This document shows, piece after piece, positions 42,201-51,478 of a DNA stretch of 64,000 nucleotides. This DNA is from Arenicellales bacterium (GTDB taxonomy: Bacteria; Pseudomonadota; Gammaproteobacteria; Arenicellales; JAJDZL01). Both the position numbers and the translations under genes were made by a program. The notes under the pieces are model-generated. The model did not search any database, had not been told where the DNA came from, and saw only the letters and a program-made list of their open reading frames with translations. Numbering within the stretch: position 1 is the first letter of the stretch; every line of letters starts with the position of its first letter. The DNA is taken from contig CBDAUA010000001.1 in NCBI GenBank assembly GCA_965200425.1, positions 7,271 to 71,270 of the forward strand, in the 5' to 3' direction.

Positions 42201-44136
42201 ATTGTTTCAAAAACACCCACAGGCAAAGAATGAATTAATTGAGTACGGAACTTATATGCTGTGTACCCAACAATTTCTAAACTCAGAGCAAAACTATCCA
42301 TTCCTCGAAGGCCAGAAAACCAATTTATACAAAGCCTTTATCGGTCAAAGTTGGTGGTTTTCAAAAAGGGGGGGGGTGAGCGGATTGCTCCATCCAAAAG
42401 ATGTTTTTGATACAGTCAAAGGCGACAGCTTTCGTCAACAAGCTTATCCTCGACTACGCTACCATTTTCGATTTCATAATGCTTTGAAACTATTCCCTGA
42501 CGTTGGCACCTCAAGACAATTTGCTGTCAACATTTATTCAAAACCCAAGGAGGAGCTAGGTTTTGACCTGATTTCGAATCTTTATCTGCCAAAGACGATT
42601 GACGCTAGCTATCTTCATAGTGGTAGTGGTGACATCCCAGGTATCAAAGACAAAAAGAACCAATACAACACTTCGCCTCATAAAGCACGTGTCATCAAGG
42701 TTGATAATTTGGTTCTTCAAGATTTCGCGGCAGTCGTCAATCGATCCAGCCAGCAGCTGCACAAAGTTCCGATATTGGAATTACATTCTACTGAACTGCT
42801 GTCAGTGATCAAAAAATTTGCACAGCTCCCAAATCGACTAGGAAATATTTACGAAGACGTTCACGTTTACCGGCATTGGAATGAAACAGGTGCCCAAAAG
42901 GACGGCACCATTCGTAGACAAACTCAGTTCGTCGCAGAGCCAGCACAGTTCATCTACTCTGGTCCACATTTTTTCGTCGGCAATCCATTTGCAAAAACAC
43001 CTCGTGCTGTCTGTCTAGTCAATACTCACTACGATGCTTTGGATTTAACCTATATACCCGATGACTACTTGCCACGCACGAACTATGTGCCGGCTTGTGA
43101 TGCTGACGAGCACGACACTCGAACTCCGAATACACCATGGACTGATGAGGACGAGATTCGAATCAAAACGACTCAATACTATCGCGTGTTGTTTCGAGAA
43201 ATGGTTCATCCCGCATCTGAGAGAACTCTCATCTCAAGTTTAATTCCGAAAGCTGTAGCGAGTATACTCACCTGTAATACAGTAGTCTTTCGAAGCAGTC
43301 AAGCTGCAGTTGAATTTGCTGCACTTTGTAATTCAATTGTGTTGGACTATTTCACCAAGTGTTCTGGCGTAACCCACGTAACTAAAAGTACATTGGGGCT
43401 ATTACCCGTACTCGGAATTAAAATGAATGTACAGTTACGCTCTGCCTTAATCCTAAGAGCATTGAACTTGAACTGTCTTAGTTCGCACTTTGGTGAATTA
43501 TGGGAGTCACTATGTCAGCTCAAGGTCGACATGACTCGAACCAAGACATTAGACTCTACCAATCGCGTTAGCTATTTGGAGTTATTCCAGCGCGACACTT
43601 GGACCATTACAGACCCGCAAATTGACGCTGAATTCTTTTCCCAGCTGACACCGCATTGGCAAAGAAATGTCGCGCTACGTTCAGAACGCATGCGCCGCCA
43701 AGCTCTAGTTGAAACCGATGTCCTAGTCGCAATGGCATTTGGCTTTACTTTGGATGAACTACTCGCAATGTATCGAATTCAGTTTCCGATAATACAAAAA
43801 TATGAAAACGACACTTGGTATGATGCAAAGGGTCGTATTGTCTACACATCCAAATTAGGATACAAAGCAGCACCGTCCAAAGCGGTTAAGAATGACAATA
43901 ATTGGAGCCTATACACTCGTGTTCAATCTGAGACCAATATCGCGTTAGGCTGGGCAGACATCAAAGATCTTGAAGAAGCTGTGGTGACTCAACAAGTGAT
44001 CGATAATACTCTTCCGGGTGAGCCAGCTGAACGAACCATTGAATATCATGCTCCATTTTCGAAATGTGACCGGGAACAAGATTATCGTCAGGCTTGGGAC
44101 GTGTTTTCTGAACGGTTTTCAACCGAACGAGTTTAG
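39226..44136 (+). CDS. Large N6-adenine DNA methyltransferase, paralogue B
   Basis: Same motifs as paralogue A; colinear and highly similar over the full length. Confidence 0.9.
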   Translation: MPEIQGLTNVNEFYSSHYFSVIFPHKLDTTIREWNKEVAQTGTGVKATQLVDEIRKLAPRYREFLNKFKQAERSQAERWALQRDWYCEFLSKLGYECIPRTLSVDGVEVPIFHKEVDDSGYDRFLILAAFDADASDEDPLSLRPHKVQFEPDPLFAEDLLDWSWQRVIDEHIFSQIHPPRWVLHLSYSQTILIDRTKWPMQKYLRFDLSEIFDRLDRYALAAMVLMLHPKGIGLRQGSSGFLDGLEQDSHRHAYSVSTDLKYAMREAIELIGNEAIWYLQQKGMQGKLDDELATELSRESLRYLYRLLFLLYLEARPNLGYVPMNSETFVSGYSLESLRELEMVQLTTERSRNGYFLHESIEQLFRLVREGLQPSTEHQEDLHADAESFQIRAVDDKLFARQSLEILSEVKFRNFILQRVIRLLSLTRPGSKVHKKRGRISYSHLGINQLGSVYETLLPYRGFFAKEDLYEVCRKNATPDILDVAHLVNVDELADYGEAERVYEDQQKTILRKYSKGQFIYRLAGRERTSSGSFYTPESLTQCVVKYSLKELIREDMTAAEILKLTVCEPAMGSAAFLNEAVNQLAEAYLERRQRERRLKIERKDYVDELQKVKRYITDRNVFGVDLNPVATELGELSMRLNCMYRDGQSPWFGFQVYLGNSLVGARQEFFRTTELAKKNWYNKTSFRVDSGSSRDAVAAEFMRAEDSIYHFLLPHPDMLSYTANKKFKQFFEPSIVQLFTQRKKEFKKAFSAHELNQLQRITSILDVLWQRQAAQLAQSRQGTQDHMEVWGAEVKGNKQTEYSDKDRYLESFNPTKENHPVTEYQILKLVMDYWCAMWYWPPIASPPPPTRAEYIHDLMTLVSFRSKDDRELQFEDLFLSTEKKELTQKLRSLKQQQGYVSLKNLLTAVPRLKLAHKLARKYRFFHWELEFADIFLSNKNDSQSRGGFDLVIGNPPWIKLNFKEQDVLAEFEPKIWVHKMSASNVTALRPTLFQKHPQAKNELIEYGTYMLCTQQFLNSEQNYPFLEGQKTNLYKAFIGQSWWFSKRGGVSGLLHPKDVFDTVKGDSFRQQAYPRLRYHFRFHNALKLFPDVGTSRQFAVNIYSKPKEELGFDLISNLYLPKTIDASYLHSGSGDIPGIKDKKNQYNTSPHKARVIKVDNLVLQDFAAVVNRSSQQLHKVPILELHSTELLSVIKKFAQLPNRLGNIYEDVHVYRHWNETGAQKDGTIRRQTQFVAEPAQFIYSGPHFFVGNPFAKTPRAVCLVNTHYDALDLTYIPDDYLPRTNYVPACDADEHDTRTPNTPWTDEDEIRIKTTQYYRVLFREMVHPASERTLISSLIPKAVASILTCNTVVFRSSQAAVEFAALCNSIVLDYFTKCSGVTHVTKSTLGLLPVLGIKMNVQLRSALILRALNLNCLSSHFGELWESLCQLKVDMTRTKTLDSTNRVSYLELFQRDTWTITDPQIDAEFFSQLTPHWQRNVALRSERMRRQALVETDVLVAMAFGFTLDELLAMYRIQFPIIQKYENDTWYDAKGRIVYTSKLGYKAAPSKAVKNDNNWSLYTRVQSETNIALGWADIKDLEEAVVTQQVIDNTLPGEPAERTIEYHAPFSKCDREQDYRQAWDVFSERFSTERV

Positions 44137-44451
44137 CTTTTGAGACATGCTTACTGCTGTTGTCGCTTCGGAAATTCTCAGGTTACTCAAAGACTTTATC
44201 GCGAGTCTGCATTAGAACATAAATCAAGGAATCGACAAAATTCTAATTCATCTCTCGTCCCTACAATCTGTTGATACGACTTGGATGCCACAAACTTGAT
44301 TATGCAATTGCATGAGTAATTTACTATGTTTCAGTATAAGCACCTCATAACAAAAATGCCGCATGATTGGCAGTTGCAATAAGCAGTCGAGTAGGTAGTC
44401 AATACTCCCACCAGCCGCGTTTACCGCCCACCATGGCATCATCGACTTCGA

Positions 44452-44670
44452 TTAGTCTATGCAATAAATAGCTGTGATCGCGAGCAACCATTTATGCAGT
44501 GGCAATTTGGTGCTCTCGAACACCCTGCCAGCTGTCACCGAAGCCTTATGTTGGCGTTGTGCGCATTGATGACTGTAATGGCGCGTTAATATGCGGGCGC
44601 GATCGTGCCCACAACGCGGACATTCAAGGCCATTTGGGCAGCGATGACGATAAATGGCTTGAATAGGTTT
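44452..44670 (-). mobile_element. IS1595-family transposase N-terminal remnant
   Basis: Manual translation IYRHRCPNGLECPRCGHDRARILTRHYSHQCAQRQHKASVTAGRVFESTKLPLHKWLLAI matches the IS1595 zinc ribbon/SVTAGT.F..TKLPL..W pattern; truncated. Confidence 0.8.
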
Positions 44671-44701
44671 GATCTACTCGACGAAACTAGTTTAGAAGCA
44701 T

Positions 44702-44741
44702 AAAAAAAGTAGTATTACCGTGATTTTTGGCAATACTACTT
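44702..44741 (-). terminator. Intrinsic terminator of the mgs operon
   Basis: AAGTAGTATT...AATACTACTT stem with an A-tract on the + strand (U-tract on the - strand). Confidence 0.7.
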
Positions 44742-44754
44742 CGAGGAACTGGAA

Positions 44755-45153
44755 TCAATTTCCGGTCCTTACTTTGCCATATTCATGATCGAGTTCGATC
44801 AGTGGATGTGTTTCAGCACACTGGAATTTAACCAAAAGCTCTCGAGCAATCATGTCTCGATCTTGTTGATTTTCAGGCAATTCCATGTCCTGAGGAACCT
44901 GTACCCAACCGTTGATGTTTCGGTCAAATACCGCCGGCCGATTTTCTTCGTACCCTAAATGTACGTCTTCTAACCAATTCAGATCGTCCCATCCCATAAA
45001 TTCAACGTATTTTTGGAGAAATGGTGTAATCCGAGTATAGTCAGGTACAAGATTGACATCATACCGATAACCAATATGCTGTCCAATCTCTGCTTGACGT
45101 GCAGCTGTCGAGGCACCCTGCGCTTGTCGACTAATATTCATTACTTTTTCCAT
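44755..45153 (-). CDS. Hypothetical protein, last gene of the mgs operon
   Basis: 132-aa ORF 10 nt downstream of the mgsC-like gene and followed by a terminator. Confidence 0.75.
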   Translation of the reverse strand: MEKVMNISRQAQGASTAARQAEIGQHIGYRYDVNLVPDYTRITPFLQKYVEFMGWDDLNWLEDVHLGYEENRPAVFDRNINGWVQVPQDMELPENQQDRDMIARELLVKFQCAETHPLIELDHEYGKVRTGN

Positions 45154-45163
45154 ATCATCAATC

Positions 45164-46537
45164 TCAGTATCGAGTCATATCGGGCTGGCCAACAGTATAT
45201 TGAGTGCCTGCCAAGGGCACCATTGCCATGGCTGAAGCTTCCATAGTCAACGCTGCTAGATCTTCTGGTTCTAACGAGTGAACATCAGTCTTACCACAAG
45301 CTCGAGCCATCATTTGACACTCAATGGCAAGTGTATGTAGAAAATTGTACACACGCTCGGCAGCATCATCGGGATTCAATCGTTCTCTTAATTTTGGATC
45401 CTGAGTTGCTACTCCGACTGGACAACGACCAGTATGACAGTGATAACAATATCCTGCTTCGACACCAATTTCGTTTTCAAAATCAGCCTCTGGGATGTCC
45501 TTATTGCAGTTTAACGCCATTAGTGCGGAGTGACCGATGGCTACCGCATCCGCCCCTAGAGCCAAAGCTTTCGCTAGATCACCACCGTTTCGAATACCAC
45601 CAGCATAAATGAGAGAAATCTCCCCAGTCTTATCAACATCATCCAAGGCCTTTCTCGCCTGTCGGATTGCAGCGATTCCGGGTACTCCAGTTTCTTCCGT
45701 CGCCAAATGTGGACCAGCGCCAGTCGATCCTTCCATTCCGTCAATGTAAATCATGTCTGGGCCGGTTTTTGCTGCCATCCGAACATCGTCATACACTCTG
45801 GCGGCGCCCAACTTCAACTGAATGGGAATTTGCCAATCGGTAGCTTCTCGTATCTCTTCGATTTTCAGTGCTAAGTCATCAGGACCTAGCCAGTCAGGAT
45901 GACGCGCGGGTGAACGTTGGTCAATACCAGCTGGCAATGATCTCATTTCCGCCACTTGATCGGTGACTTTCTGTCCCATCAAATGTCCGCCTAGACCGAC
46001 TTTACAACCCTGGCCGATGAAAAATTCCACTGCATCGGCTAATCGTAAATGATGTGGATTAAATCCATACCGAGATTGGATGCACTGATAGAACCACTTA
46101 GTCGAGTAACGTCGTTCATCGGGGATCATGCCACCTTCACCAGAACATGTGGCAGTTCCTGCCATCGTGGCACCTCGAGCCAGCGCAGTCTTCGCTTCGT
46201 AAGACAATGCTCCGAAGCTCATACCTGTGATATAGACTGGTATATCCAATACTAAAGGTCGCTTTGCGCGTGGACCCAGTACAGTCTTAGTCACACAGCG
46301 TTCTCGATAGCCTTCGATTACAAATCTTGTCAATGTTCCCGGAAGAAAAGTTAATTCGTCAAATGTCGGAATTTTCTTAAAGAGTGAAAAACCCCGCATT
46401 CGATAGCGGCCCAACTCAGATTTGATATGGATGTCATCGATAACTTCGGGAGAAAATATCCTGCTTTGACCTAAATTGCTTGTATCCCGCCGTACTTTAG
46501 GAGGACCGGGTGGTGTAGTTTTGGGTTTTGCTTCCAT
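45164..46537 (-). CDS. mgsC: N-methylglutamate synthase FMN subunit (MgsC/GlxD-like)
   Basis: MSFGALS, SGEGGM, GQGCKVGLGGHL and CYHCHTGRCPVGVATQDP. Confidence 0.82.
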   Translation of the reverse strand: MEAKPKTTPPGPPKVRRDTSNLGQSRIFSPEVIDDIHIKSELGRYRMRGFSLFKKIPTFDELTFLPGTLTRFVIEGYRERCVTKTVLGPRAKRPLVLDIPVYITGMSFGALSYEAKTALARGATMAGTATCSGEGGMIPDERRYSTKWFYQCIQSRYGFNPHHLRLADAVEFFIGQGCKVGLGGHLMGQKVTDQVAEMRSLPAGIDQRSPARHPDWLGPDDLALKIEEIREATDWQIPIQLKLGAARVYDDVRMAAKTGPDMIYIDGMEGSTGAGPHLATEETGVPGIAAIRQARKALDDVDKTGEISLIYAGGIRNGGDLAKALALGADAVAIGHSALMALNCNKDIPEADFENEIGVEAGYCYHCHTGRCPVGVATQDPKLRERLNPDDAAERVYNFLHTLAIECQMMARACGKTDVHSLEPEDLAALTMEASAMAMVPLAGTQYTVGQPDMTRY

Positions 46538-46551
46538 ATTCTTTCTGCCCT

Positions 46552-47382
46552 TTACAGCACGAGCTTCTTTTCAGTAGGTTCTAAGTTGTCGTAGTTCCAC
46601 AATTGCTTTCCAGATTCGATCTTGCGCATATTGCTAGCCCCATTCGGGGCTTCAAGACCATACTGACTCAGCTTTCTTTCAATCCAATCTCGCTCAAGTT
46701 CAGTCATTTCGCCGTCAACTGCATCCACACCCAAGCCCTGAATCTTTCCACCAACGTAAATTACGCCATCATACATAGAGTCGCCCAAATTCACTCCGGC
46801 ATCACCCAAGATGATCATGCGTCCACGCTGCATCATGAATCCGCTAAATGCCCCGGTTCGACCGCCCACAATGATCGTTCCACCTTTCATGTCGATTCCA
46901 GTTCTAGAACCTACATCGTTTTTACAAACCAAGTCACCGCCTCTCATAGCAGCACCAAATGTGGAACCAGCATTTTTTTCGATAACAACCGTTCCAGACA
47001 TCATGTTTTCAGCACACGACCAACCCACGCGTCCAGTAATTCGAATGTTTGGTCCATCACTCAAACCACACCCAAAATAGCCGAGACTACCCTCGAAAGT
47101 TAACTTTAAGCGATTCAGAATACCAACTCCAAGAGAGTGCTTCGCTCCTGGATTCAGCACTCTAATGTCTCCATATCCTTCGCGCATTAGCTGAGTGATT
47201 TTCTTGTTTATTTCTCGGGCATTTTGATTCGTACAATCAAATTCAGCACTCTTGTCAAAATCAACATCGATCGCAAGAGGTGATGCAAATCGTTCAGCTT
47301 CAACTGCGGAAAAGAAAACTTGCTGCGTACGACCGGTTAGCCGTTCCGCATGCATGGAACTAGCTTCTCTTAGTTCTGCCAT
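46552..47382 (-). CDS. mgsB: N-methylglutamate synthase GXGXG subunit (MgsB/GlxC-like)
   Basis: NPGAKHSLGVG, GSLGYFGCG and repeated MxxG beta-helix motifs. Confidence 0.82.
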   Translation of the reverse strand: MAELREASSMHAERLTGRTQQVFFSAVEAERFASPLAIDVDFDKSAEFDCTNQNAREINKKITQLMREGYGDIRVLNPGAKHSLGVGILNRLKLTFEGSLGYFGCGLSDGPNIRITGRVGWSCAENMMSGTVVIEKNAGSTFGAAMRGGDLVCKNDVGSRTGIDMKGGTIIVGGRTGAFSGFMMQRGRMIILGDAGVNLGDSMYDGVIYVGGKIQGLGVDAVDGEMTELERDWIERKLSQYGLEAPNGASNMRKIESGKQLWNYDNLEPTEKKLVL

Positions 47383-48314
47383 ACTCGAACCTCTCCTTCA
47401 TACGGATCAAATGTTTCTATTTCGTGAGGAAATACGCTGCGAATCGCAACTTCTTCTGAGGCAAGCGCGACAAATTCATCAGATTCATAGAGTACCATCG
47501 GTTTCGCTGCCATGTAGTCCTTTGCCATTCCCAGTTGATCCAAAGAAGCAACCACGTAGGTGAATACACCGTCTAGGTCCCGAAGCGATCGATTCATAGA
47601 TTCTTCCAAATCATCACCTCGATCTAGCGAGTCAGCCAAGTACACTGCAATCAACTCTGAGTCGCAATTCGACATAAATCGGTGTCCGCGCCGTTCCAAC
47701 GCACGTCGAGAATTCCAATAATTGGTGAGTTGTCCATTGTGTACTACCGATACATCTAGATATGGATAGGCCCAATATGGATGCGCTGAGCGAATATCGA
47801 CATCAGATTCGGTTGCCATACGTGTATGGCCAATCGCATGGGTACCTTGGAAGCTACCCAAGTCATACTGAGCACCGACAGTGTTTGCATCCCCAAGATC
47901 CTTCACGAGTTCCAATCCTTTTCCTATCGATAGAATTTCAACTCCTTCAACATCTTCAAGATAATCGGCAAGCCCTCTCAGTTCGCCACCATACAAAAAG
48001 CGAAAACGAAAAGCGTACTCCGTTGCTTTTTCTTCGGAAATGACGTTCGCTCCATACTCGGTAAGTCGAGACTTGACAGTCGAATATCGGTCTTTAATTT
48101 GTTGATGAATTTTAAATCCAGATCGTAAGTCTTCACCTTCGGCTACTTTGAACCGCATCACGTATTCGGAACTCGCCGAATCGTCCGGCGTTCCATAAAA
48201 GGCTAGACCAGTTGAATCAGGTCCGCGGTGCTTTAGAGCTTGTAACATCGACAGCAATTCACTACCGATGTCGGAAGTCTTTCCGCGATGTATTAATCCT
48301 GCAATTCCACACAT
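47370..48314 (-). CDS. mgsA: N-methylglutamate synthase class II amidotransferase subunit (MgsA/GlxB-like)
   Basis: Start moved to MCGIAG at 48314 (AGGAGAGG RBS); HRGPDSTG, GHTRMATES and VHNGQLTN. Confidence 0.82.
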   Translation of the reverse strand: MCGIAGLIHRGKTSDIGSELLSMLQALKHRGPDSTGLAFYGTPDDSASSEYVMRFKVAEGEDLRSGFKIHQQIKDRYSTVKSRLTEYGANVISEEKATEYAFRFRFLYGGELRGLADYLEDVEGVEILSIGKGLELVKDLGDANTVGAQYDLGSFQGTHAIGHTRMATESDVDIRSAHPYWAYPYLDVSVVHNGQLTNYWNSRRALERRGHRFMSNCDSELIAVYLADSLDRGDDLEESMNRSLRDLDGVFTYVVASLDQLGMAKDYMAAKPMVLYESDEFVALASEEVAIRSVFPHEIETFDPYEGEVRVWQN

Positions 48315-48328
48315 AAAATAGCCTCTCC

Positions 48329-49804
48329 TTATGGCAAACAATCAATGTATGTTTCCATATCCCAATTGGTCACTGTCGACATGAACTTTGCCCACTCGTC
48401 TTCTTTGTAGTGCAAGAACACTTTACCCATTTCATCTGGAAGAGCATTCATAATTGTGTCATCCTTCTTCAGAGCTTCAATGGCTTCACCCAATGACATC
48501 GGCAACTTAGTGACTTCTTTACCAGCTTCCATTGCTTCATAAATATTACGATTCTCTGGTTCACCTGGTTCAAGATCGTTTGAAATTCCGTCATCAAAAG
48601 CTTTCAAGAGCCCAGCACATAGTAAATACGGATTAACCATAGAGTCCACCGCTCGGAATTCAAACCGTCCCGGTGCCGATATTCTCAAGGCAGTTGTTCG
48701 ATTCTGAAAACCCCAGTCTTTGTACACCGGCGCCCAGAATCCTGTATCCCATAATCGCCGGTACGAGTTAACCGTCGAACAACCAAGAGCAGTTAGTGCG
48801 TCTAAATGTTTCATTACACCGGCAACCGATTGGAGGCCAATTTTACCTGGTAACTGCAAATCATCCGTGTCTGGCATGAACAAGTTTTCACCGCCACTAC
48901 GGTAGGAATAAACATCATCCAAACCGTTGAGTGGATCATTACCGAGGTAATTTATTGAATCTTTACCACCTCTCCATAGCGACATGTTGGTATGACATCC
49001 ATTGGCCGATACACCCATGAATGGTTTGGTCATAAAACACGCGATTAAATTGTTTTCACGTGCAACTTGTGCACAAATTTGACGGTAAGTCGATAACCGA
49101 TCACAAGTTCGAAGAGCATCGTCATATGTGAAATTCAACTCCAGTTGTCCTGGTGCATCTTCGTGATCGCCTTGAATCATATCCAACCCCATAAATTTGG
49201 AATATTCAATGACTTTCAGAAATACAGGCCGAAGACTTTCAAATTGATCGATGTGATAACAATATGGATTTGAAAATCCACCGTCCGGCATACCATCCTC
49301 ACCTCTTTTCAACCACATCATTTCTGGTTCCATGCCGTGACGTAAATGTAAACCGTCGTGTTTGGCTTGAAATTCGTCATGGAAAATTCGCAGATTTCCG
49401 CGGCAGTCAGAAGTCAAATGTCCACCTGGATTTACTCTTTCCTCACGGTTGCGGAAACAGGTGCAGTAAACACGTGCAACTCGCTTATCCCAAGGTAGCT
49501 GGCAAAAGGTTTCGGGATCAGGAATACCAACCAGCTCCATTGCTTCAGGGCCATAGCCGATGTAGTCTCCATGTCGATCGATGAACAGATTCGCGGTAGA
49601 ACCATATACCAGCTGAAATCCTCGTTCAGCAATCTGTAGCCAGTGATCGGAGGGTACGCCTTTTCCGACTATACGCCCCGTCACTGAAATAAATTGATAG
49701 TAGATATAGTCTATGTTCAGTTCGATAATTTTCTCTCGAACTTGGTTGACCAGGTCTGCACGCCCTGGCGCATTTACATGTCTTTCAAGATCTGTCGAAT
49801 CCAT
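48329..49804 (-). CDS. Glutamine synthetase-family ligase, putative gamma-glutamylmethylamide synthetase
   Basis: EPEM, DHEDAPGQLELN, FMTKPF, WGFQNRT and EFRAVDSMVNPYL; first gene of the mgs operon. Confidence 0.8.
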   Translation of the reverse strand: MDSTDLERHVNAPGRADLVNQVREKIIELNIDYIYYQFISVTGRIVGKGVPSDHWLQIAERGFQLVYGSTANLFIDRHGDYIGYGPEAMELVGIPDPETFCQLPWDKRVARVYCTCFRNREERVNPGGHLTSDCRGNLRIFHDEFQAKHDGLHLRHGMEPEMMWLKRGEDGMPDGGFSNPYCYHIDQFESLRPVFLKVIEYSKFMGLDMIQGDHEDAPGQLELNFTYDDALRTCDRLSTYRQICAQVARENNLIACFMTKPFMGVSANGCHTNMSLWRGGKDSINYLGNDPLNGLDDVYSYRSGGENLFMPDTDDLQLPGKIGLQSVAGVMKHLDALTALGCSTVNSYRRLWDTGFWAPVYKDWGFQNRTTALRISAPGRFEFRAVDSMVNPYLLCAGLLKAFDDGISNDLEPGEPENRNIYEAMEAGKEVTKLPMSLGEAIEALKKDDTIMNALPDEMGKVFLHYKEDEWAKFMSTVTNWDMETYIDCLP

Positions 49805-50599
49805 GAGACTCCTTAATCATTCATTTATTAGTTACTCAAAAATATTGCACGGATATGCAAAGACTTGCAAATTATACATACACTCTCAATAAGAATTTAT
49901 TGCAAAGTTGACAAGTGACCCTTTCGCTGTTAGTAGATCGGTAGTAGTTAATATAGGAAAGTTACCCAACAAATAGAAAGTCAAGACTTCGCGAATTGTA
50001 ATACGCCGTTGGATTGCGATTGGATCGGACTGGGCCACACGAATTTGTGGCGTAACCCGAGCTGAATCATGGCCTTGCGCCTGAATGGACAAAATGAAAA
50101 CAGCTTCAACCGTGCCGCGAGCGACATCAAAGCAAGACCACAAGAAATTGAAGGCATAGGCAGCCTGATTCCAGCGTGACTACGAAGCCTTTCAACTTGG
50201 TTCATGTTCACTGCACCGACCGTCAGCGTCACATTCAGTCCCAAACTGACTCGAAGGTGGATGACAGCTAAACCGCGCAGAAACGGTCGAAAAAGTCCAA
50301 AATCTCGACTTCAACTCGCTGACTCTAACCACTCGCGTCGACAAGCTCTACGATGAAATTGGCGCTAGACTCGAAGTCCGCTGTGTGCACTGCTCACTTT
50401 AGGCCTCACACAATGTCCTAGTAGGCCCACTGAACGCATCAAACACTACACTACTTCAAATGCACTTAAACTTCGAAGACTGCAACTGTGCGTACAAAAG
50501 GTGCAAACCAATTAAGCCTCGACTCCCGGCATGAATCGTTCAAATCCTTTCTAGCTATTGTTTATCTTTATCCACCGCCGACCGTGACCGATGTTAACG

Positions 50600-50900
50600 C
50601 CACAGTTAGCTACGCCAACCTATCTTGAATGCTTCCACCATTGAACTTATCGAAGGTTCAGCTCCGCTGTGCCAACATGAATCGATACACGGCTCGTCTC
50701 AAAGCCGCAGTCCATGTTCCTGGGCAACCCAGGCCGTGGCCTTTCCCAAGATTTCATAGAGCTCCTTGAGGCATGTGTTTTTACGGCGCAAAAGCACAAG
50801 CTCTACTGAAGCCTCACGAGAGGCATCGCACTCCACAGGATCCCGTTTCGACTCCCGAATCAAACATGAATCGTCGCCCACGTCGGTTCAAACGCCCGCG
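50600..50900 (-). mobile_element. IS3-family transposase remnant (OrfA end/OrfB start); boundaries approximate
   Basis: ELVLLRRKNTCLKELYEILGKATAWVAQE resembles the IS3 OrfA C-terminus (ELRRLRRENARL..EREIL.KA.AWFA.E); degraded. Confidence 0.6.
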
Positions 50901-51478
50901 CTAGTTGCGACATCGTCGACCCTGCGCCGCTAACTCAACAATCCTTTCTTTCAGATCTGATGAATACGTCTTACTCCCGAAATTGGAAGTCTCTAAGTTT
51001 AATTTTGGGATACATACAAGATTTACGAGTCTACGGTGAATATGAATGCGCGATTATTCACGTAAACACTGAATTTGGCAAACTACGTACTGATATTTTC
51101 GAACAGATCAATGAACTATTCTTCAACTCTTTGGGCCGATTTACGCAATGGCATAAAGAAGAACAATAAAGGAAAGATACTGGAATCGAATTTAATGGTC
51201 TGGGTGCGGAAGCTGGGGTTGACTGCCACTACCCAATTTAAAGGCACCGAAGCTGGCGATTTAGATTCGAATGACGGCTATTGAAGAAATTGATCTGAAC
51301 ATTACAGCAAAACCTTGCCAAGAATACCGTAAGTACGGAGGTCTCCCATTTACACGATGCCTCGAATTCAAAGGAATCCACAGATTGGTAATCATATATC
51401 GTACGAATCTATTGATTAATTTCGATACTATATGCAAAACATCCTTCCAATCACAAATTCGTTAGGAGCGACAATGAT

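Noticed and set aside
38710-44450. Intact integrative island at ssrA
   Set aside because: No integrase is present and there is no convincing downstream duplicate of the tmRNA 3' end; CTCCCACCA near 44405 is too short.
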